Position numbers and translations under genes: made by a program. Below the pieces are notes generated by a model, which ran no database searches, was not told where the DNA came from, and saw nothing but the letters and a program-made list of their open reading frames with translations. From Okeania sp. (lineage in GTDB: Bacteria > Cyanobacteriota > Cyanobacteriia > Cyanobacteriales > Microcoleaceae): a stretch of 32,000 nt of DNA. The stretch is taken from NCBI RefSeq assembly GCF_035285525.1, contig NZ_JAYKGW010000162.1, positions 1 through 32,000 on the forward strand. Reading direction: 5' to 3'. Below, one piece after another: positions 17,741 through 23,842 of the stretch (positions are counted from its first letter, which is position 1; every line of letters begins with the position of its first letter).

Positions 17741-18352
17741 ATGAAACCAAAATTTAGTACATTAATTGTGTTAACAATTATCACAATTGGACTATTACTG
17801 CCCTTTGTTTTTAGTCCGGTTTATATACCGATGATGAGAGAAACACATTTCGATATTTTACAGATTTTACAAGGGGAAATTTATAAACAAATAACTGGAT
17901 ATTTATCCCTAATATTTGTCATATTAGAAATGGTATTAACTGCTAGAAAAAGAGGTAGGACTTGGAAATTTAAAATGAAAATTCCCGGTTCAATTCAATT
18001 CTGGCGTATCCTACATATTTTTCTGGGAGTAGGGCTTTTAGGCACAACTGTAATTCATACAATTGGAGCGCAAGGATTAAATTTTAATGCAGTTTTTCTC
18101 TGGGTATTTTTTGGTGTTACTTTATCTGCACTTGTGGGGGTAGTTGCTGAAACTGGTTTTTTAGAATCTCCTATAAAGTTTTTCCGTTTTGCTTGGCAAA
18201 GTGCTAATTCTACAAGTGAAATTCCTGGAATTTCTAAAGGTAAATTAATTATAAATATGCGCTTAATTTGGCTAAATACTCATATTTTTTTAGTTAGTGT
18301 ATTTTGCGTGATGTTGATTTTTCATATTTTTATCGCTTACTTTTATCAGTAA
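17741..18352 (+). CDS. His-rich polytopic membrane protein (possible b-type cytochrome / DUF4405-like)
   Basis: The ORF track starts at TTG 17711 inside a CT repeat, so ATG 17741 (MKPKFSTLIVL..) is preferred. It has 4-5 hydrophobic helices. His residues sit in or near helices (RILHIFLGV..TTVIHTIG, NTHIFLVSVFCVMLIFHIF). Confidence 0.5.
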   Translation: MKPKFSTLIVLTIITIGLLLPFVFSPVYIPMMRETHFDILQILQGEIYKQITGYLSLIFVILEMVLTARKRGRTWKFKMKIPGSIQFWRILHIFLGVGLLGTTVIHTIGAQGLNFNAVFLWVFFGVTLSALVGVVAETGFLESPIKFFRFAWQSANSTSEIPGISKGKLIINMRLIWLNTHIFLVSVFCVMLIFHIFIAYFYQ

Positions 18353-18398
18353 GAAGAAAGAAGGAAGAAGGTGGAAGTTAGCATGAATAAAGGAAAAG

Positions 18399-18428
18399 TT
18401 GACATTGAGAAGCAAGAAATAATATAAT
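18399..18428 (+). promoter_or_regulatory. consensus sigma70-type promoter TTGACA-N18-TATAAT
   Basis: TTGACA at 18399-18404 and TATAAT at 18423-18428, about 170 nt upstream of the four-helix-bundle gene. It lies in a repeat unit whose second copy is at 18971-19020. Confidence 0.45.
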
Positions 18429-18595
18429 TTATATCACTTATAGAAAAGAATGGTACAAAAAGGTATGTCTTAATCAGATTCCTTAAAGATAAATAACTTC
18501 TATAATTGATTATTAGATAGCTATATCTATCCTTTTTTTTCAATAGTTACCCCTTCTTATTTATTGGTTATTCCTTCTTGCTTCTATTGTAAAAT

Positions 18596-18949
18596 ATGGG
18601 TAGTCATCGAGAACAATATATATGGAAACGTGGAGTTAAAGTTGCTATTAATTGCTACAAAATAACTCAAACTTTTCCTCGTTCTGAACTTTACGGTTTA
18701 ACCAGTCAAATTCGGCGTAGTTGTGTTTCAGTTCCATCAAATATTGCTGAAGGATATGGCAGAACAAGTAAAGCTGAATATATACGTTTTCTCAGAATTG
18801 CTCTTGGTTCTCTCAGAGAATTAGATACCCAATTAATTATTGCTAAAGCAGTAAAATTAGCCAAACCAGAACAGTTTATTTCTATCATAAAAGAAGTTGA
18901 TGAACTACAACGTCTTATCATAGCTACTATTAACAAACTAGAGAAATAA
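18596..18949 (+). CDS. four-helix-bundle protein (23S rRNA intervening-sequence protein family)
   Basis: 117-aa ORF with the ..LTSQIRRSCVSVPSNIAEGYGR.. and ..FLRIALGSLRELDTQL.. signatures. Confidence 0.85.
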   Translation: MGSHREQYIWKRGVKVAINCYKITQTFPRSELYGLTSQIRRSCVSVPSNIAEGYGRTSKAEYIRFLRIALGSLRELDTQLIIAKAVKLAKPEQFISIIKEVDELQRLIIATINKLEK

Positions 18950-18978
18950 CTAAAAAGGAAGAAGGAAGGAGGGAAAAG

Positions 18979-19008
18979 TTGAAATTGATAAGCAAAAGGT
19001 AATATAAT
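18979..19008 (+). promoter_or_regulatory. second copy of the promoter module, TTGAAA-N18-TATAAT
   Basis: TTGAAA at 18979-18984 and TATAAT at 19003-19008, about 170 nt upstream of the thioredoxin-like gene. Confidence 0.4.
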
Positions 19009-19048
19009 TCAATTTATAACTACTATTCACAAACTAGAGAAATAACTT

Positions 19049-19170
19049 ACTTTCTTCTGTCTATCTTCCACCTTATTAACTTCTTCCTTCTTCCTTCCAC
19101 CTTATTAACTTCCACCTTATTAACTTCTTCCCTCTTCCTTCTTCCTTCTTCCTTCTTCCCTCTTCCTTCC
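19049..19170 (+). repeat. polypyrimidine tract / (CTTCCTT)n STRR with three CCACCTTATTAACTT units
   Basis: The stretch 19124-19170 is 47 nt of pure C/T. It ends 9 nt before the ATG at 19180. Confidence 0.9.
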
Positions 19171-19179
19171 TAAAAAAAC

Positions 19180-19659
19180 ATGAACAATATTCGATTGTAT
19201 TTGGGTATATTAATAATACCGTTATTCCTATTAGTAACTATATTCATAACTCATAGGGATGTTTCGCCAAATACTGGTATTCCTCTGACTGGATTAGCTA
19301 CAATGAGGTCTATGGCAAAACAATCTATTCCCTATGAAATTGCTATGAATAATCATAAACCTAGTTTAATTGAATTTTATGCTGATTGGTGTACTATTTG
19401 TCAATCTCTTGCTCCTAGTTTAAAAAATTTGCATCAACAATACGGTGAAAATATTAATTTTGTAATGCTGAATATTGACAATCCAATCTGGAGTAAAGTA
19501 ATTAAAACTTATGGAGCTAATAGCGTTCCTTATTTAGTATTTTTAACACCTGAAAAAGAAGTCAAAGAAGTATTAGTAGGGAAACCTCCAGAAAGAATTA
19601 TTGAACAAATTATTATGTCTGGAAAAGTAAGCTATCAGCTATCAGCTATCAGCTATTAG
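19180..19659 (+). CDS. membrane-anchored thioredoxin-like protein (TxlA / HCF164-type thiol:disulfide oxidoreductase)
   Basis: 159-aa ORF with an N-terminal TM helix and the thioredoxin motif EFYADWCTICQSLAP (WCxxC). The last 9 codons are encoded by a (CAGCTAT)n repeat. Confidence 0.75.
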   Translation: MNNIRLYLGILIIPLFLLVTIFITHRDVSPNTGIPLTGLATMRSMAKQSIPYEIAMNNHKPSLIEFYADWCTICQSLAPSLKNLHQQYGENINFVMLNIDNPIWSKVIKTYGANSVPYLVFLTPEKEVKEVLVGKPPERIIEQIIMSGKVSYQLSAISY

Positions 19660-19873
19660 CTTTGAGTTATTGAGTTAATTATAAAACCAAAAAAGCAATT
19701 AGTCTTTAACAGTAAGCATTTAGCAGTCAGCAGTCAGCTATCAGCTTTGAGTTATTGACTTAATTATAAAAGCAAAAAAACAATTAGTCTCTAAAAGAAA
19801 TACTGAATGCTAATAGCTGAATGTTTATCTTAAAAGTGTGGGTATAATGAATATTTTTTGTTTAGTAAATAAA

Positions 19874-20437
19874 ATGCAAAAAATAAAAACGCCGAGACAA
19901 CGTTTGTGGACGGTTGAAGAATATTACAGAATAGCTGAAACAGGTATTTTAGACCCAAGCGAACGAGTAGAATTAATAGAAGGAAAAATTATGAGAATGG
20001 CAGCAAAAAGTATGGCTCATGTAATTGCTGGTAGGCGATCGCGTGATTTATTAGAAGCACGTTTGGGGGAACGAGTTTTAGTTTGGACTCAAGACCCAAT
20101 TTGCTTAGATGACTATTCGGAACCAGAGCCAGATATTGCTTTAATAATACCACCTTTGGAACGGTATCGGTATTCCCATCCAACTACTTCTGATATTTAT
20201 TTAATCATAGAAATAGCAGATACAACTATTAACAATGATTGCCGAGACAAAAGTAAAATTTATGCTCGTTCTGGTGTAGCAGATTATTGGGTTTTAGATG
20301 TTGTTGTGCGTCAATTACATGTTTTTCGAGAGCCTACAAAAGATAGTTATAAAAAGGAATCTATTTTCTCTGAAAATGAAATGGTTTCTTTATTAGCATT
20401 TCCTGATGTAAATTTGGTAGTGGAAGAAATGTTATAG
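19874..20437 (+). CDS. Uma2-family (DUF820) endonuclease-like protein
   Basis: WTVEEYYRIAETGIL..RVELIEGKI..M, EPDIALI, LIIEIADTT...D...K..IYARSGVADYWVLD. The start is uncertain: the track gives GTG 19838, and ATGs at 19847 and 19874 are alternatives. Confidence 0.8.
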   Translation: MQKIKTPRQRLWTVEEYYRIAETGILDPSERVELIEGKIMRMAAKSMAHVIAGRRSRDLLEARLGERVLVWTQDPICLDDYSEPEPDIALIIPPLERYRYSHPTTSDIYLIIEIADTTINNDCRDKSKIYARSGVADYWVLDVVVRQLHVFREPTKDSYKKESIFSENEMVSLLAFPDVNLVVEEML

Positions 20438-20815
20438 CGCTAAATCTTAAACTTATAGCGAGTTTCACTTTGGAGGGGTATACCCATCGCGAGCAAGATG
20501 CACGGTTCTGGAAAAATCGCGCTGGGAATATTTATAGTTATTCTGAATAAGAATCAAACATTTTTTTAGCAGAAATTCTTTAACAGTAAGAAATTATTGT
20601 CTCAGTCTAAATCAGAATGATTATAATTTTTAATATCTACATTTCATACATCTTATTTAAAAAGGTCAAATCTTCAACTTAAATAGGTTGTAAGATTTTA
20701 TTGTAGGGGTTTGGTCTCCAAACCCCCTACAATTTTTTCTCACAAATCATTTTTTATGGCTATATTAAAAGAAGAGGCTTTAAATCTCTGAAGATAAATT
20801 ATCAATTATTCATCT

Positions 20816-22240
20816 ATGAACATAACTAATTTTATGAAATTTATCGGCTCTATTAAAATGGCTATTCCTCTATTATCTGCCATTTCTATTATCTTAATTG
20901 GAGCAACATTTTATGAATCTCAAGTTGGTTCAAATATCGTGCAAAACGAAGTTTATAAAAGTCTTTGGTTTGGCATATTAATGTTTTTATTAGCCGTAAA
21001 TTTAGGGGTATCTGCTATGTCTCGTTACCCTTGGCGCGGGGCAAGAAAAATTGGCTTTGCCCTGACTCATTTTGGCTTAATTATTATTATTGCTGGTTCT
21101 GCTGCGGTGATTCATTTAGGCGTTGAAGGAATGTTGTTAGTTAGAACCGATGCTCCAGGAAGTAATTTGATTAGAGTTGAAGGAGATTTATTAGAAGTAA
21201 TACCTCCAAATCAAGAGTTTGAACAAACAGATATTTTCATTAATTCTAATAGTTCTATATATCCTAATTCTGTGGCAGGAATTTCGGTTTTAGGATACAG
21301 TGAAAATGCGATTAAAACTGTTAGCTTTACTGAAGGTACAACGGCTAATAATCCAGCAGTGCTTCTCAGTTTAAATAGTAATCGGATGGGGCAAAAATTA
21401 GAACGTTGGTTAGCGATCGCTCCGACAGGTTATAATCAAATTTCACTAGGTCCAGCGCAGTTAGAAATTGTCTCTGTTGGCAATGAATCTGATTTAGATT
21501 CTCTGCTATCTTTTGCAGGGGAAACTATTAGCGATCGCCAAGAAAATATAAAGTTTGTAGCTAATAATGAGTCAACAAATTTAGATTACTTTAAAGTTAT
21601 TGTTACAGATTCAGGAAAACTTTATTTTGCTGCTAATTCTTCTCAAGGTTTTAAGTCGGGAAGTTGGGAACTAGGCGAATCTATTACTCCTGGTTGGGCA
21701 GATTTTCAGATCACCTTAGAAAAGTTTATTCCCCACGGCAAAATTCAACAAGAAGTTACGCCAATATCTAATCTTATGGGAACAGGAAATCCTGCTTTAT
21801 TAGTAGAAACTCCTGGTGGAAAAAAATCATGGTTATCTTGGGGAGAACCGACAGTTATTGAAGATAAAATGGGGGAATGGTTAGCAGCTTTTAGTCCGAA
21901 ATTTTTGGAGTTACCTTTTGCTATTAAATTAGAAGATTTTATTGTAGAACGTAATGAAGGTTCCGATAGTGTGGCGATGTGGACTAGCAAAATTAGACTA
22001 GAGGATTTCCATGAAGGATTGGTAAGCGATCGCGATGTTTGGATGAATCATCCTACTTGGTATAAAGGTTGGAAAATTGCTCAAGCTTCTTGGAACCCTG
22101 GAGATTTAAACCAATCTACTTTACAAGTTAAGCGAGAACCTGCTTGGGTAACGGCTTTAACTTGGACGGGTTCTGGTTTATTAGTATTAGGAATAGGTAC
22201 TATGTTTTATGGTCCGATAATTGCTAATAAAATAAGGTGA
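20816..22240 (+). CDS. resB: ResB/Ccs1-family cytochrome c biogenesis protein (System II)
   Basis: 474-aa ORF. It has an N-terminal TM pair (MAIPLLSAISIILIGATFYES.., YPW..RKIGFALTHFGLIIIIAG), a large soluble domain, and C-terminal VWMNHPTWYKGWKIAQASW plus a final TM helix. Confidence 0.8.
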   Translation: MNITNFMKFIGSIKMAIPLLSAISIILIGATFYESQVGSNIVQNEVYKSLWFGILMFLLAVNLGVSAMSRYPWRGARKIGFALTHFGLIIIIAGSAAVIHLGVEGMLLVRTDAPGSNLIRVEGDLLEVIPPNQEFEQTDIFINSNSSIYPNSVAGISVLGYSENAIKTVSFTEGTTANNPAVLLSLNSNRMGQKLERWLAIAPTGYNQISLGPAQLEIVSVGNESDLDSLLSFAGETISDRQENIKFVANNESTNLDYFKVIVTDSGKLYFAANSSQGFKSGSWELGESITPGWADFQITLEKFIPHGKIQQEVTPISNLMGTGNPALLVETPGGKKSWLSWGEPTVIEDKMGEWLAAFSPKFLELPFAIKLEDFIVERNEGSDSVAMWTSKIRLEDFHEGLVSDRDVWMNHPTWYKGWKIAQASWNPGDLNQSTLQVKREPAWVTALTWTGSGLLVLGIGTMFYGPIIANKIR

Positions 22241-22310
22241 CACAAGCATCTTGCTTGTTGGGTAACACAAGCATCTTGCTTGTTCTGTAACACAAGCATC
22301 TTGCTTGTTC
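22237..22310. repeat. 3 tandem copies of a ~25-nt hairpin unit GTAACACAAGCATCTTGCTTGTT
   Basis: Read directly. ACAAGCA/TGCTTGT form the stem. The first copy overlaps the resB stop codon. Confidence 0.9.
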
Positions 22311-22322
22311 ACCAATACATAT

Positions 22323-22466
22323 AAAATACAGCCTAGAAGGCTGTGTTACATTAGAAAAATACAGCCTAGAAGGCCGTGTTACATTAGAAAAATACAGCCT
22401 AGAAGGCTGTGTTACATGAGGGACAGGAAAAGACAGCCTAGAAGGCTGTGTTACATTAGAAAAAAG
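22323..22466. repeat. 4 copies of a 32-nt hairpin unit AAAATACAGCCTAGAAGGCTGTGTTACATTAG
   Basis: Read directly. ACAGCC/GGCTGT form the stem. The fourth copy follows a ~10-nt irregular spacer. The array ends 2 nt before the ATG at 22469. Confidence 0.9.
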
Positions 22467-22468
22467 CA

Positions 22469-23065
22469 ATGTCTTACAGTAAATTTACTTTAGAAGAAGT
22501 TTTAACTAAATTCAATTTAACTTTAGTTGAAAACGTAGGTAAATTTAACAATTTACCAGAAGTAACTCCTAGCAAATTATTAGCAGAAACTTTAGAAGAT
22601 AATATACCATTAGCAGTAGCAGTTGCTACAGAAAAAGCTCGTTCCGAATTAATAATATCGCCAATTTTAGTGGCAGTTAGAAAATATTTAGATAAACAAA
22701 TTAGTTTATTTTCTGGAATAGAATTTAATGTTAATCTTGAGTTAGAATTAAGGGGTTATTGCGATTTTATTATTAGTCTTTCTAGTCTACAAAGTATAAT
22801 TCAAGCACCAGTAATTGTTTTAGTAGAAGCGAAAAATGATAATATAAAATCAGGTTTCGGTCAATGTTTGGCAGAAATGGTTGCTGCTCAAATTTTTAAC
22901 CAAGATAAAGGTAATCAAATTTCTAAAATCTATGGAGCTATTACTACTGGAACTACTTGGCAATTTTTAGAACTAGAAGGTAAAAATGCAGTATTAGATT
23001 TAGAGGAATATTCTGTTAAAAATTTACCAAAACTTTTAGGAATTTTAATTGATTTTTTATCGTAG
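22469..23065 (+). CDS. PD-(D/E)XK nuclease-fold-like conserved cyanobacterial protein
   Basis: 198-aa ORF. GYCDFII ... VIVLVEAKND ... GQCLAEMVAAQ fits a D...E-x-K...Q catalytic pattern. The function is inferred from the motif only. Confidence 0.5.
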   Translation: MSYSKFTLEEVLTKFNLTLVENVGKFNNLPEVTPSKLLAETLEDNIPLAVAVATEKARSELIISPILVAVRKYLDKQISLFSGIEFNVNLELELRGYCDFIISLSSLQSIIQAPVIVLVEAKNDNIKSGFGQCLAEMVAAQIFNQDKGNQISKIYGAITTGTTWQFLELEGKNAVLDLEEYSVKNLPKLLGILIDFLS

Positions 23066-23186
23066 GGGTTTGGTATCCCAACCTACTCTATAATTTTACC
23101 TTTTTCAATACCTACTTTTTCTTACTTCTAATGTCAGGGATATTATGTCAAGAATTTACCAAAACTTTTAGGAATTTTAATTGATT

Positions 23187-23294
23187 TTTTATCGTAGGGG
23201 TTTGGTCTCCAAACTGAAGAGAATAGCAGATGTTGTCAAATTTTATCGTAGGGGTTTGGTCTCCAAACCGAAGAGAATATCAGATGTTGTCAAA
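23187..23294. repeat. 54-bp tandem duplication (2 copies, 2 mismatches); the first copy lies inside a duplicate of the last 45 nt of the preceding ORF
   Basis: 23021-23074 is identical by eye to 23153-23206. Units TTTTATCGTAGGGGTTTGGTCTCCAAAC.GAAGAGAATA.CAGATGTTGTCAAA are at 23187-23240 and 23241-23294. Confidence 0.85.
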
Positions 23295-23348
23295 TTTTGT
23301 TTTTTTATATAATATTTATCAAAAACTTTTTTATAAGGAGAAACTTCA

Positions 23349-23609
23349 ATGATTAATCTATCTTTAACATCAGAATTAGAAAGCTTTATTAATTCGGCGG
23401 TGAAACGTGGCCGATATTCTTCTGCTGAAGAAATGGTTAGCACACCGTTGCAACTGCTTCAAGAAAAAGAGTTAGAACGAACTATGCGACTTGAAGAGTT
23501 GAGAAAAGAAATAGCGGTGGGTATTGCAGATAGTGATAGGGGTGATGTTTTTGATGGAGAAGAAGTAATAAAAGAATTGTGCGAAGAAATTAAGCAAGGG
23601 TGTATCTAA
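23349..23609 (+). CDS. parD: ParD-family (CC2985-type) type II antitoxin, apparently without a partner toxin
   Basis: 86-aa ORF. MINLSLTSELESFINSAVKRGRYSSAEEMV..LL...LRKEIAVGIADSDRGDV matches the ParD/antidote pattern. Confidence 0.7.
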   Translation: MINLSLTSELESFINSAVKRGRYSSAEEMVSTPLQLLQEKELERTMRLEELRKEIAVGIADSDRGDVFDGEEVIKELCEEIKQGCI

Positions 23610-23842
23610 AGATTTTGAAACGTTCTTTTAACCATCAAATATTAATTGATATTGTTAATGTAGGAGTTATTTAATCTATGAGGTACAGTTTTATATCCCC
23701 CCTACCCCCCCTTTGCAAGGGGGGAAAACTTCAAAGTCCCCCTTTCAAAGGGGGATTTAGGGGGATTAACTAATTATAAATACACTTCATAACTGTGAGA
23801 ACCGCTATATATATTTAACTAATTTTACAGAGGTACTTAATA

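Noticed and set aside
22237-22466. Possible CRISPR array.
   Set aside because: The units are contiguous, with no unique spacers, only 25-32 nt long, and no cas genes are in the window.
22305-22493. The 62-aa ORF (and its antisense partner 22224-22469) encodes a repeated peptide, KIQPRRLCYIR x4. I considered it as a multi-core RiPP-like precursor.
   Set aside because: The periodicity is simply the 32-nt DNA tandem repeat, which is not a multiple of 3, read in an open frame. The units are hairpins, there is no leader or RBS, and no processing enzymes lie nearby.
23600-23842. ParE/RelE toxin expected downstream of ParD.
   Set aside because: Only a 24-codon frame (VYLKILKRSFNHQILIDIVNVGVI) and a short MRYSF.. 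frame running into a CCCCC..GGGGG repeat are present. Neither is long enough or recognisably ParE-like, so a remnant cannot be excluded without a profile search.
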